64,000 nt of DNA from Candidatus Sungiibacteriota bacterium (GTDB taxonomy: Bacteria; Patescibacteriota; Minisyncoccia; Sungbacterales; HO2-52-23), in assembly GCA_016432465.1 (NCBI GenBank), contig CP066690.1:526823-590822 (forward strand), given 5' to 3'. Below, piece after piece: positions 16,591 through 27,024 of the stretch. Below the pieces are notes generated by a model. It had not been told where the DNA came from, searched no databases, and was given only the letters and a program-made list of their open reading frames with translations. The translations under genes and the position numbers were made by a program. The number at the start of each line of letters is the position of its first letter. Position 1 is the stretch's first letter.

Positions 16591-18174
16591 ATGATAAGAT
16601 CCGAAATAAAAGCCGCGTTGAGGGACGCAATCCGGAAAATATTCGGCAAAGTTGAGGCGCCGGAATTTTCTATTGAGGTTCCGGAAAATCCGGAGCATGG
16701 CGATTATGCAACAAACGTAGCGCTAGTGCTGGCCAAGCAACTGAAAAAGCCTCCGATGGAAATCGCGCATAGTCTTGCCGCGCAACTTACAACTAAAGTC
16801 GAAGTTGCCCCCCCGGGATTTATTAATTTCTGGGTTTCCCCTGCTACATTATATAAAGAACTCGTTACGGTTCTGAAAAAGAATGACAAATATGGAAAGG
16901 GAGAGAGAAAGGCAACAAAAATCTCGGTTGAGTATCTGGACGCTAACCCCACTGGGCCTGTACATATAGGCCACGGACGCAGTGGGTTTTTGGGTGATGT
17001 ACTTTCCAACGTTCTTTCTTTTTTTGGATACCGCGTGACCAGAGAGTTTTATGTGAATAATGCCAAAATTAGTGGCCAGATAAAATCGTTAGGAAAAACT
17101 GCGCTTGGAAAAGGCAGCGAATACCGCCACGCACAGCTGCTTCGTATTCTAAAAACTCAACGGGTCCATACAAAAATCAAAAAATTAAAAAACGAAAGCG
17201 AGGCAGGATTTATTATCGCGCGTATAATACAGAAAGAAAATGAGGAATTGCTTAAAGAAAAAGCAAGGATTAGTTTTGATTTATTTTTTGAAGAAGAGGC
17301 GGTTTACAAATCTGGCGACGCAGAGCGGCTTCTCGGGCGTCTTAAAAAACAAGGAATTTTGTATGAGAAAGATGGCGCTTGGTGGTTTCAGGCAAAGAAA
17401 TTCGGCGACGCAGAAGATCGTGTTTTTGTACGAAGCACCGGAGAGCCGACATATATTGTTCCGGACATTGTTTACCACCTTGATAAGTTAGTGAATCGTA
17501 AAAACGACCTTGTTATCAATATCTTTGGCGCGGACCACTATGGTTACGGACCGCGTCTTCTGGGGGCCTTGAAGGCGCTTGGTATTGAACCGGCAAGGGT
17601 TCGTATACTCATCATGCAGACAGTCCGTCTGATTAAGGGCGGAAAAGAATTTAAGATGTCAAAACGCCGCGGCCTCTTTGTGACGCTTGAGGAACTTATT
17701 AAAGAAGTCGGTTTGGATGCCGCGCGGTACTTTTTCTTGGAAAAATCTCCGGATACGCATATGGATTTTGATCTGGATTTGGCAAAAGAGCGGTCGGTGA
17801 AGAATCCGGTGTACTATATTCAATATGCCCATGCTAGAATTTCGAGCATCTTTAAAAATGCTCGAAATTCAAATTACAAATTACAAATTACAAATTACAA
17901 ATTACTTAAAGAGAGGGAAGAACTAAGACTAATTAAAAAATTGATCCAATTCACCGAGATTGTGGAGGATACCGCTCGCGATTATCAAGTTCACCGTCTG
18001 CCGCGTTATGCTTACGAGCTTGCCCGCGCTTTTCATAATTTTTACGAAAAGCACCGCGTGATTACCGAAGATAAAAATTTGACCGCCGCCCGTCTTAATC
18101 TTGTTTCCGCAACCCAAGTTGTACTGAAAAATATTCTTAGTTTGATGGGTATCGGCGCGCCTGAAAAAATGTGA
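16591..18174 (+). CDS. argS: Arginine--tRNA ligase
   Basis: ANPTGPVHIGHGR, GADH, KMSKRRG, YIQYAHARI, APEKM. Confidence 0.97.
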   Translation: MIRSEIKAALRDAIRKIFGKVEAPEFSIEVPENPEHGDYATNVALVLAKQLKKPPMEIAHSLAAQLTTKVEVAPPGFINFWVSPATLYKELVTVLKKNDKYGKGERKATKISVEYLDANPTGPVHIGHGRSGFLGDVLSNVLSFFGYRVTREFYVNNAKISGQIKSLGKTALGKGSEYRHAQLLRILKTQRVHTKIKKLKNESEAGFIIARIIQKENEELLKEKARISFDLFFEEEAVYKSGDAERLLGRLKKQGILYEKDGAWWFQAKKFGDAEDRVFVRSTGEPTYIVPDIVYHLDKLVNRKNDLVINIFGADHYGYGPRLLGALKALGIEPARVRILIMQTVRLIKGGKEFKMSKRRGLFVTLEELIKEVGLDAARYFFLEKSPDTHMDFDLDLAKERSVKNPVYYIQYAHARISSIFKNARNSNYKLQITNYKLLKEREELRLIKKLIQFTEIVEDTARDYQVHRLPRYAYELARAFHNFYEKHRVITEDKNLTAARLNLVSATQVVLKNILSLMGIGAPEKM

Positions 18175-21100
18175 CTATGAATATAGAAAAATCAAAATTA
18201 AGCCTTCCGGAGTTGGCCGCCCACCGAAAATGGGCGAGCCTCGCTCTTCCGGAGCGGGAAGAAAAAATTCTGAAATTCTGGGAGGAAAATAAAATTTTTG
18301 AAAAGTCCCTTGAAAAAACTAAACGGGGAAAGACCTTTGTTTTTTACGAAGGTCCTCCGACAGCCAATGCCGCTCCCGGGATTCATCACGTTTTGGCGCG
18401 CGCCTTCAAAGACATTATTCCGCGCTACAAAACCATGCGCGGGTTTTTTGTTCCGAGAAAAGCTGGTTGGGATACGCACGGTCTGCCCGTTGAGATTCAA
18501 ATAGAAAAAGAGCTTGGATTTAAAACCAAGCAGGATATAGAAAAATACGGCATTGCCAAGTTTAACCAAAAAGCCAAGGAGTCGGTGTGGCGTTACAAAG
18601 AAGAGTGGGAAAAGCTGACTAAGCGTATTGGGTATTGGCTTGACCTTGAGCACCCTTACATAACTTATGACATCCGGTATATGGAAACCCTCTGGTGGGT
18701 TATAAAAGAAATTTGGAAAAAGGGTTTACTGGTTGAAGATTTTAAAGTAGTTCCTTGGTGCCCTAGGTGTCAGACCGGACTTTCCACGCACGAGCTCGGC
18801 CAACCCGGAGCCTACAGATTAGTAAAAGATAACTCTATATATGTAAAACTAAAAATTAAGGGCCGTAAAAACGAGTACTTATTGGTTTGGACCACAACTC
18901 CATGGACGCTTCCCGCCAATGTTGCCGTAGCCGTCAATCCCAAGATTGATTACACAAAATTTAAAATTGATGATGAATTTTTGTGGTCAGCGGTGATGCC
19001 GCCCTACGGCAAAGACCAAAAGATTACGATCATAGAAAAAGCGTCCGGCAAATCTCTTATCGGTATAAATTATGAACCGCTTTTCCGTGTTCCCCAAGGC
19101 TACTCTTGGGGTAAAGAACCGGAGTTTGTAACAATCCCGGCAGATTTTGTTTCCACCGAAGAGGGGACGGGCATGGTTCATATTGCTCCTGCCTTCGGAG
19201 ACGAAGATATGTTGGCGGCCAAGAAAACTTGGGGCGCAAGCTATCCGATTTTACACACTGTTAATGTAAACGGAAAAATGAAAAAGGGAGTAATCGGGGA
19301 GGGGAAATTTGTCAAGGATGCGGACGAGGAGATAACCGCTGACCTTAAGAGGCGTAAACTTCTTTATCGCTTGGCGCCGTACGAACACGAGTATCCCCAC
19401 TGCTGGAGATGTGATACTCCGCTGCTTTATTTTGCCCAAAACGCTTGGTGGATAAGAACCACCGCCGTAAAAGACAAGCTTCTTAAAGAAAACGAAAAAA
19501 TTAACTGGATTCCGGAGCATTTAAAACACGGCCGCTTCGGCGATTTTTTGCGCGAGCTACGCGATTGGGCTTTTTCGCGCGAGAGGTATTGGGGAACGCC
19601 GCTTCCTATTTGGAAATGTACAGGGTGCAAAAAGCAAGAAGTTATCGGCAGCAGAGAAGAATTGAGTTTACGTGTCGGCAAAGCCAAGAACCGCTATTTT
19701 GCCATGCGTCACGGCGAGTCACTTGCCAACGTCCGCCACGTTTTTGATTCCCACGACAGTAAATTTCCAATAACCCTTAGGGGACGCAGCGCAGTAGAAA
19801 AGTCCGCCAAGACATTAAAACAAAAAAAGATAGATTTTATTTTTTCTTCAGAAATTCTTCGGGCACGAGAAACTGCAGAGATTGTAGCCAGGGCCCTTGG
19901 CCATAAAGAAATAAAATTTGACAGGCGTCTTAACGAAATTGACCCGGGCGTATTTGAAGGAAGATCTCCTGCCGAATATCATAAGTTTTATACCTCTACT
20001 CTTGAGAAATGGATAAAGCCCCCTCCGCGGGGAGAGTCTTTGGGAGACGTGCGAGCAAGAGCAACAGCGCTTCTGGAGGATTTAGAGAAAAAATATATAG
20101 GCAAAAATATTCTTTTGGTGAGTCATGACTATCCGATTTGGGCCCTGTATGCCGGAGCCGTGGGTTTTTCGGACGAGGAAGCGGTGCTATTTAGGAAACA
20201 GAGACGTGGGCAAGGAGAAGAATTTGTTGATTTTGCAGAAACCATGGAAGTCCCCTACAAAATTTTACCGCGCGATGATACGGGTTCGGTAAACCTGCAC
20301 CGACCCTATGTGGATTCATTTGAGTTTCCGTGCCATAAGTGTAAATCTTCAATGCGGCGAGTATTGGAAGTGGTTGATGTCTGGTTTGATTCGGGGGCGA
20401 TGCCGTTTGCTCAAAGCCACTGGCCATTTGCTAACAACCAACAACCTAAAAAATTGCTGTACCCCGCGGATTATATTGCGGAGGCGGTGGACCAGACAAG
20501 GGGCTGGTTTTATACCTTGCTTGCCGTGGCAACGCTTCTGGGGAAAGGGGCTCCGTATAAAAATGTCATTTCACTGGGACACGTTTTGGACAAAAACGGC
20601 CAGAAAATGTCCAAGTCCAAGGGCAACGTGGTTGATCCGTGGGAGATGATTGAAAAATACGGCGCCGACGCAGTCCGCTGGTATTTTTATACGGTTAATG
20701 CGCCCGGAGAGCCAAAACGTTTTGATGAAAAAGATTTACAGGCGAAACTGCGCGGATTTCTTATGACACTCTGGAACAGCTTTGTGCTTTTTGATACGTA
20801 TATAGAAAAAATTACAAATTCCTCGCCTCGTTCAAGCTCCGGCGGAGCGGGCAAAACCCAAAACCTTCTTGATCGGTGGGTCCTCACGAAAGTAGAAATT
20901 TTGATAAAAGAAGTTACGGCAAAGCTTGAGCGCTACGATATTGCCGGAGCGGGACGCGACTTGGAAGATTTTGTTATCAACGACTTTTCGCAATGGTATT
21001 TGCGGCGCTCCCGCAGACGTTTCCAACACCCGCAGTCCAAAAAAGAATTTGAGGGAGCCGCACAAACGACTGCTACGGCTTTGTTATCTCTAGTTAAACT

Positions 21101-21713
21101 TATTGCGCCGTTTGTCCCATTTTTGTCGGAGGCAATTTATCAAGAATTGAAAAAGAAAATGTCTCTTAAGGAATTGAGCGTACATCTCACACCGTGGCCC
21201 GACAAAGAGCAAAGAACAAGGGGTAAAGAGCAAAAATTACTGGATGATATGGAAGCAGTGCGGACCATTGTGGCCGAAGCTCTGAAATTACGTGCGGTAG
21301 CAGGAATTAAGGTAAGACAACCGCTGGGTATACTACAAATTGCAAATCGCAAATTATCTAAGGAGCTTCTGGGGCTTATTAAAGACGAAGTGAATGTGAA
21401 AGATATCGTCCTTGGTAGGGTATTGAAACTTGATACTGCGCTAACCCCGGAATTAAAAGAAGAAGGTTTGGCGCGCGAATTTATCCGCAACATTCAGGAG
21501 ATGCGAAAGGATTTGGGATTAAAACCCAAACAGGTTATTCGGGGACAGATAACGGGTGATAGAGCGACCGAAGATACGATGGTCAAGTGGCAGCAGATGA
21601 TTAAAAAAGAGACCAACATGCGCGAGTTAAAAGTCGGCGGCAAAAAAGAATTTAAAATAGAGCGTGAACTTGATTTTGACGGTAAATCCTTGTGGTTGGG
21701 GATTAAAGTATAA
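18171..21713 (+). CDS. ileS: Isoleucine--tRNA ligase (IleRS2-like) with inserted histidine-phosphatase domain
   Basis: EGPPTAN..HH, GWDTHGLPVE, WTTTPWTLP, SRERYWGTP, DQTRGWF, KMSKS; RHG-motif domain at ~19689-20260; start may be ATG 18177. Confidence 0.95.
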   Translation: MTMNIEKSKLSLPELAAHRKWASLALPEREEKILKFWEENKIFEKSLEKTKRGKTFVFYEGPPTANAAPGIHHVLARAFKDIIPRYKTMRGFFVPRKAGWDTHGLPVEIQIEKELGFKTKQDIEKYGIAKFNQKAKESVWRYKEEWEKLTKRIGYWLDLEHPYITYDIRYMETLWWVIKEIWKKGLLVEDFKVVPWCPRCQTGLSTHELGQPGAYRLVKDNSIYVKLKIKGRKNEYLLVWTTTPWTLPANVAVAVNPKIDYTKFKIDDEFLWSAVMPPYGKDQKITIIEKASGKSLIGINYEPLFRVPQGYSWGKEPEFVTIPADFVSTEEGTGMVHIAPAFGDEDMLAAKKTWGASYPILHTVNVNGKMKKGVIGEGKFVKDADEEITADLKRRKLLYRLAPYEHEYPHCWRCDTPLLYFAQNAWWIRTTAVKDKLLKENEKINWIPEHLKHGRFGDFLRELRDWAFSRERYWGTPLPIWKCTGCKKQEVIGSREELSLRVGKAKNRYFAMRHGESLANVRHVFDSHDSKFPITLRGRSAVEKSAKTLKQKKIDFIFSSEILRARETAEIVARALGHKEIKFDRRLNEIDPGVFEGRSPAEYHKFYTSTLEKWIKPPPRGESLGDVRARATALLEDLEKKYIGKNILLVSHDYPIWALYAGAVGFSDEEAVLFRKQRRGQGEEFVDFAETMEVPYKILPRDDTGSVNLHRPYVDSFEFPCHKCKSSMRRVLEVVDVWFDSGAMPFAQSHWPFANNQQPKKLLYPADYIAEAVDQTRGWFYTLLAVATLLGKGAPYKNVISLGHVLDKNGQKMSKSKGNVVDPWEMIEKYGADAVRWYFYTVNAPGEPKRFDEKDLQAKLRGFLMTLWNSFVLFDTYIEKITNSSPRSSSGGAGKTQNLLDRWVLTKVEILIKEVTAKLERYDIAGAGRDLEDFVINDFSQWYLRRSRRRFQHPQSKKEFEGAAQTTATALLSLVKLIAPFVPFLSEAIYQELKKKMSLKELSVHLTPWPDKEQRTRGKEQKLLDDMEAVRTIVAEALKLRAVAGIKVRQPLGILQIANRKLSKELLGLIKDEVNVKDIVLGRVLKLDTALTPELKEEGLAREFIRNIQEMRKDLGLKPKQVIRGQITGDRATEDTMVKWQQMIKKETNMRELKVGGKKEFKIERELDFDGKSLWLGIKV

Positions 21714-21757
21714 GAAGTGTCATGGTGGATAAAGAAAAATGCCACACATTGGTGGCA

Positions 21758-21910
21758 CTACTTGCGAAGGATTGAAAGGAGTGAGTTGAGAGAAATCCAT
21801 GCAGCAGCCGCAAACGAGAATGACGCTTGTACATGACCGGTCAAATGATATACTCCATAGCCGACAAAAAGACCGAATAGCATAGATTGCGCTTGATATC
21901 TGTTGATCAT
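21758..21910 (-). CDS. 50-aa small membrane protein (below the ORF-track size cut-off)
   Basis: MINRYQAQSMLFGLFVGYGVYHLTGHVQASFSFAAAAWISLNSLLSILRK; GGAGG RBS before ATG; hairpin plus T run after stop. Confidence 0.6.
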   Translation of the reverse strand: MINRYQAQSMLFGLFVGYGVYHLTGHVQASFSFAAAAWISLNSLLSILRK

Positions 21911-22028
21911 TGCGTCCTCCGCGTGTTTGATAGACCTATTTGATAGAGTAGCAAATTCAGATATGAATTATAAGAGTCACTATAGGATAGGAATGAAGTA
22001 ACAAAGGTGCCACAGTAATTTTTAAGTT

Positions 22029-22490
22029 ATGCACACCACCGAAGGCATTATTTTGAGAAAACAAGACTTCGGAGAAGCGGACGCCGTTTTTACTATTTAT
22101 ACCAAAGATTTTGGCAAGCTTCGCCTGCTGGCGCAGGGAGTAAAAAAGGAAGGGGCAAAACTAAAAGGACATCTGGAGCCGTTGAATCATGCCCGCATAA
22201 CTTTTGTGCTTGGTAGAAACGGAGAACGCCTAACTCACGCCACCCTGCTTAATTTTGGGCCGGAGCTTCGCACTGATTTTGCTAAACTTTACGCAGCACA
22301 CCGTGTTGTCGGCTGCATTGACAACCGGACATTTCCCGGCGAAAGAGATAGACCGCTTTGGGACTTGTTGGTCAATAGTTTAACACGGCTGGACAACGGC
22401 GCTTTTAGCGCCTCGGAACTACAGCTGTTTTTTGGTTCTTTTGAGAAAGAGCTGGAAGCCTGCCTTGGTTACGGCAGGCCAGAGTCGTAG
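22029..22490 (+). CDS. recO: DNA repair protein RecO (short)
   Basis: TEGIILRKQDFGEADAVFTIYTKDFGKL..AQGV. Confidence 0.88.
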   Translation: MHTTEGIILRKQDFGEADAVFTIYTKDFGKLRLLAQGVKKEGAKLKGHLEPLNHARITFVLGRNGERLTHATLLNFGPELRTDFAKLYAAHRVVGCIDNRTFPGERDRPLWDLLVNSLTRLDNGAFSASELQLFFGSFEKELEACLGYGRPES

Positions 22491-22503
22491 GTCTTGTGGT
22501 ATA

Positions 22504-24411
22504 ATGGATGTCATGAGCAAACTTGAGGAACTTGAAGAAGAACTATACGGAGAAAACGAAGGAGATCTTAAAAAGCGGATGAGCCGCAGGATAGTTTTTC
22601 CGGGAACGCTCCAGAAGCCACCGGTTTCGTGGCTAGAGCGTAAAATTAAAGCTGGCGTAGAGAAGGGGGTCGGCGTGGGAAGCAGGGTGCCAAAGTTGCT
22701 TGTGGCAGTTTTTGCCATTTTTTTAATCGTCGGCGGCGCATTATTTATTTTCTTATATCTTGGCACACGGGGTCAGGAAGCAGAAATAGAAGTTCAGGGG
22801 CGCGAAAAAATAGAATCCGGTGAAATTCTGACTATTCCCATAGTTTTTCGCAACACCTCACGAAGTACACTGAAAGAAGTTGAGCTTACCATTATTATTC
22901 CAGAAGGTTCTTTGGTGCGCGAGGGGGGCAGAGAGTTTCCCGCTCCGTCCCGCATCATCAGGAAAATAAAAGATTTAGCGCCCGGCGAGGGAGACGAGGA
23001 AGAAACGGTAGTACGTCTTTTCGGACGCGAAGGCGAGGGTAAAACAGTTGAGGTCAACCTTCTTTATCGTCCCGAGAACCTTCGCGCCCGGTTTTCTTCC
23101 CGCAGCTCAAAGACGTTTACGGTTAGCAAGGTGCCGCTGGCTTTGTCTTGGGAGCTTCCGGAGATTTTGTCGTCGGGACAGGAGGTTGAAGCAAAGATTC
23201 GTTACACCTCGTCTTCTCCCCTTACTTTTGAAAAGGTATCGCTGCGTCTTGAATATCCGCAGGGATTTATTTATAAGTCAGCCGACCCCAAGCCAAGTCT
23301 CGGAGACACAATTTGGGATTTAGGAACAGTGGGGCCCGGTAGTGACGGGTTTGTAACTTTTCGGGGAACCATATCCGGCGGAGAGGGCGAGGTTAAAACA
23401 TTTCAAGCGGGTCTTGGCGTTTTTAATATCTTAACCAAAGAGTGGCGTCCTTGGAGCGAAGCAAGTTATGAGGCCAAAATTGCCATTGCGCCTCTTTCGG
23501 TGCAGGGATTTCTTGATAGTGTGCGTGAGAGGTTGATCACACCCGGAGAGCGCCTGAATTTTACCGTTCGCTACAAAAACAATACCGCCTCGGATTTAAA
23601 AAACATAACCATACGGGCGTTTTTGGACGGCAGCATTCTTTCCCGGGACACTGTGGTAACTAGTAAAGGTGGTACGTTGCTCGCCGCAGAAAATGCTATT
23701 ATTTGGGGTCCGGGAGGCACACCCGAACTCCGTGTTGTGGAGGCGGGCAAAGAGGGGGGGGTTGATTTTCACGTAGATACTCGCGAGCAGCCGGTTGTCA
23801 GAAACGTCGGCGACAAAAATTTGCAGGTTCGTCTGCGTCTTACCATTGAGGCGGCGACCACGCCCAAAGAATTTATCGGCACGAGTCTTGCCTCGGAAGA
23901 CAATCTTGAGTTTAAGGTGCGCTCTAAAGTTATTTTTTCTGGAAGGGCCTTATATCGTTTGTCGCCCCTCATTAACTCCGGACCTCTGCCACCTAAGGCT
24001 GGCAGCAAAACTTTTTACACCGTTGTTTGGGAGGTGAGAAATTTTACTAACAATATGCAAAACGTAGAAATAACTACAGCATTGCCCCCTAACGTAAAAT
24101 GGGAAAACGCGTTTTCTCCCAAGGACGCACGTATAATTTTTGACGAGGCGTCGTCCGAGGTTCGTTGGAAAATAGGATCCCTGCGGGCGGGCATCGGGGT
24201 TCTTGCTCCGGCTCTTGTCGGTGCCTTTCAGATATCGGTTGTTCCTTCCTCAGCCGATGTTGGGAAACCGCTTATACTTACGAGCAAGTCTTTATTTCTC
24301 GGGACCGACACCTTTACGGGCGAGAATATTGAAATGACATCAGGCGAACTTACCACCGAACTTCGTGAAGACGCGGCCACTTCTGCCAAAGACTGGTCTG
24401 TGGTAAGGTAG
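22504..24411 (+). CDS. Membrane-anchored protein with repeated Ig-like / DUF11-type domains
   Basis: Single TM helix followed by beta-rich repeats (TIWDLGTVGPG, VRWKIGSL). Confidence 0.75.
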   Translation: MDVMSKLEELEEELYGENEGDLKKRMSRRIVFPGTLQKPPVSWLERKIKAGVEKGVGVGSRVPKLLVAVFAIFLIVGGALFIFLYLGTRGQEAEIEVQGREKIESGEILTIPIVFRNTSRSTLKEVELTIIIPEGSLVREGGREFPAPSRIIRKIKDLAPGEGDEEETVVRLFGREGEGKTVEVNLLYRPENLRARFSSRSSKTFTVSKVPLALSWELPEILSSGQEVEAKIRYTSSSPLTFEKVSLRLEYPQGFIYKSADPKPSLGDTIWDLGTVGPGSDGFVTFRGTISGGEGEVKTFQAGLGVFNILTKEWRPWSEASYEAKIAIAPLSVQGFLDSVRERLITPGERLNFTVRYKNNTASDLKNITIRAFLDGSILSRDTVVTSKGGTLLAAENAIIWGPGGTPELRVVEAGKEGGVDFHVDTREQPVVRNVGDKNLQVRLRLTIEAATTPKEFIGTSLASEDNLEFKVRSKVIFSGRALYRLSPLINSGPLPPKAGSKTFYTVVWEVRNFTNNMQNVEITTALPPNVKWENAFSPKDARIIFDEASSEVRWKIGSLRAGIGVLAPALVGAFQISVVPSSADVGKPLILTSKSLFLGTDTFTGENIEMTSGELTTELREDAATSAKDWSVVR

Positions 24412-24421
24412 CGGCATAATT

Positions 24422-25756
24422 ATGGAGTCTTTAATGGATAAAATTGTATCATTGGCCAAGCGTAGGGGATTCATCTTTCCGGGTTCTGAAATCTACGGGG
24501 GGCTTTCGGGCACTTGGGATTACGGACCGTTAGGGGTGGAGCTGAAGAATAATATCAAGAGGGAATTTTGGAAGGCAATGATTTATGAGCGTGACGATAC
24601 GGTTGGTTTAGACGCTTCTATTTTAATGAATCCCAAGGTTTGGGAAGCGTCGGGCCATACGGAAGCTTTTACCGACCCCTTGGTGGAGTGTAAAACTTGC
24701 CACGAGCGTTTTCGCGCCGATCACGAGGAGGAAGTCAAGGAGCACGAGGAAGAACATAAAAAGAAAAAAGAAAAAGTTTCCTGGACTAAACCTAAGAAGT
24801 TTAACTTACTGGTGGAGTCTAAACTCGGCGTGGTTGAGGGCGAGCAGCAAACCGTTTATTTACGCGGCGAGATTACTCAAGGAGTCCATGTTAATTTTAA
24901 AAATATTCTTGATTCCACGGCGCGAAAATTACCTTTCGGAATTGTACAAATAGGCAAGGCCTTTCGCAACGAAATCACGCCCGGCAATTTTATTTTTCGC
25001 TCGCGCGAATTTGAACAGATGGAACTTCAGTGGTATGTGAAGCCGGATGCGACCGAATCCATGAAGTGGTTTGAGTACTGGAAAGAGGAAAGGGTGAAGT
25101 GGTATCAGGGGCTGGGCATCAAAAAATCTAAGTTGCGTTTCCGGGAACACGGGTCGGATGAGCGCGCGCACTATGCCCGTGCGGCTTGGGATATTGAGTA
25201 CGATTCGCCTTTTGGCGGATGGAAGGAATTTGAGGGGGTTCATCACCGTGGCGACTGGGACTTGTCGCGTCATGCCAAGTTTTCCGGCGAGGAACTGACT
25301 TATTTTGATGAGGAGAGTAAAATACGCTATATTCCGTGGGTTATTGAAACTTCTGGCGGGGTGGATCGCGCCGCGCTATTTTTCCTTATTGACGCTTATG
25401 AGGAAGATGGCGATCGGGTAGTGCTTAAACTTCATCCGCGCCTTGCGCCGATAAAAGTTGCCGTATTTCCGCTTCTTGCCAATAAGCCGCAGTTAGTTGA
25501 GAAAGCGCGAGAAATTTATAAGGCCCTGAAAGCCGAAGTCGCGCATCTGGGGACCGCGATGGCTTGGGACGATCGCGGCAATATCGGCAAACGTTATTAC
25601 GCCCAAGACGAAATCGGTACCCCGTGGTGTGTTACCGTAGATTTCCAGACACTTGAGGACGATACAGTGACAGTAAGGGATAGAGATACTGCTAAACAGG
25701 AGCGAATCTCAATCGGGGAACTCGCCACGTATTTTAATTCTGAACTTAATGTTTAA
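24422..25756 (+). CDS. glyQS: Glycine--tRNA ligase (alpha2 type)
   Basis: KRRGFIFPGSEIYGG, WDYGPLG, FRNEITPGNFIFRSREFEQME, C-terminal anticodon-binding domain. Confidence 0.96.
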   Translation: MESLMDKIVSLAKRRGFIFPGSEIYGGLSGTWDYGPLGVELKNNIKREFWKAMIYERDDTVGLDASILMNPKVWEASGHTEAFTDPLVECKTCHERFRADHEEEVKEHEEEHKKKKEKVSWTKPKKFNLLVESKLGVVEGEQQTVYLRGEITQGVHVNFKNILDSTARKLPFGIVQIGKAFRNEITPGNFIFRSREFEQMELQWYVKPDATESMKWFEYWKEERVKWYQGLGIKKSKLRFREHGSDERAHYARAAWDIEYDSPFGGWKEFEGVHHRGDWDLSRHAKFSGEELTYFDEESKIRYIPWVIETSGGVDRAALFFLIDAYEEDGDRVVLKLHPRLAPIKVAVFPLLANKPQLVEKAREIYKALKAEVAHLGTAMAWDDRGNIGKRYYAQDEIGTPWCVTVDFQTLEDDTVTVRDRDTAKQERISIGELATYFNSELNV

Positions 25757-27023
25757 AAAAATAATTTTAGACAACGGACTGCGGGTTATTACCGCGCCCA
25801 TGCAAGGGACCAATACGGTCACTGTTTTGGTATTGTGCGGCACTGGCTCGGATTATGAATCGCGAGAGATTAACGGCATATCACATTTTCTGGAGCACAT
25901 GTTTTTTAAGGGGACAAAAAATCGGCCAAGCCCAGATGTTATAAAACACGAGCTGGACAGCATGGGCTCAATCTCCAATGCTTTTACGAGCCACGAAATT
26001 ACCGGTTATCACGTCAAGGCGGGCAAAACATATTTAGATCAATCTCTTCATCTTCTCTCCGATATTTATAAAAATTCCACCCTACCCAAAGAAGAGATTG
26101 AACGGGAAAGACAAGTGGTTATTGAAGAAATGCACAAAGACCGTGATACCCCCACGCTTTACGTTAACTGGGTTTGGGAGCACTTGCTTTATGGCGATCA
26201 GCCGGCCGGCTGGGACGTGATTGGAGAAGAAAAAATAATCCGCGCGCTAAAACGCGAGGAGTTTGTTAATTATTTTAATCATCAATATGTTTCTTCCAAC
26301 ACAGCGGTTGTTGTTGCCGGAAACTTTGATGAGGCGGCCACCGCACGGCTGGTTAAGGAATTATTTTCTGATATTAGGCATGAGCCGCCTTTTCGTTCCA
26401 AGCCGCCCCTGCGGGAAGCGCAAACAACGCCTCAAGTAAAAATAATTTATAAAGAAACTGACCAGACGCATCTTATGATTGGGTTTCGCGGATACGATGC
26501 TTTGCACGATAGACGTTATGTCGCCGAAGTTTTAGCTGCGGTTTTAGGCGGTTCCTGGAGTGCTCGCATGTGGGATCGTATTCGGGATAAATTGGGTCTT
26601 GCCTACACGGTTTGGAGCAGCCACGAATCCTATTCCAATCGCGGCTACCTTGTTACTTACGCCGGAGTTGATCATGGAAACGTAAAGAAGACCGTGCGCG
26701 CTATTTTGGAAGAATATAAAAAAACATGCGAGAAGCCGATTGAAAACGGAGAGTTGAAACGGGTCAAAGATTATATCCGCGGCACCACATTGATTGGTCT
26801 TGAGGCCTCCAATGCCGTGGCGAGTTTTGTAGGAGTGGAAGAGATGGTAACAGGCAAGCCCGTGACAATAGAAGAAGTTTTTGCTAAAATAGAGGCGGTA
26901 ACAGCTGACGATTTATGTGCGGTTGCAGGAGAGATATTCAGACCGGAAAGTTTGAATCTTGCCATGATCGGACCGTTTAAAGATACTGCTGAACTTGGAA
27001 AGATACTTGGAGAGTTTAAATAG
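25749..27023 (+). CDS. M16 family (pitrilysin-like) zinc peptidase
   Basis: HFLEHMFFKGT inverted zinc motif; NAFTS. Confidence 0.93.
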   Translation: MFKKIILDNGLRVITAPMQGTNTVTVLVLCGTGSDYESREINGISHFLEHMFFKGTKNRPSPDVIKHELDSMGSISNAFTSHEITGYHVKAGKTYLDQSLHLLSDIYKNSTLPKEEIERERQVVIEEMHKDRDTPTLYVNWVWEHLLYGDQPAGWDVIGEEKIIRALKREEFVNYFNHQYVSSNTAVVVAGNFDEAATARLVKELFSDIRHEPPFRSKPPLREAQTTPQVKIIYKETDQTHLMIGFRGYDALHDRRYVAEVLAAVLGGSWSARMWDRIRDKLGLAYTVWSSHESYSNRGYLVTYAGVDHGNVKKTVRAILEEYKKTCEKPIENGELKRVKDYIRGTTLIGLEASNAVASFVGVEEMVTGKPVTIEEVFAKIEAVTADDLCAVAGEIFRPESLNLAMIGPFKDTAELGKILGEFK

Positions 27024-27024
27024 T

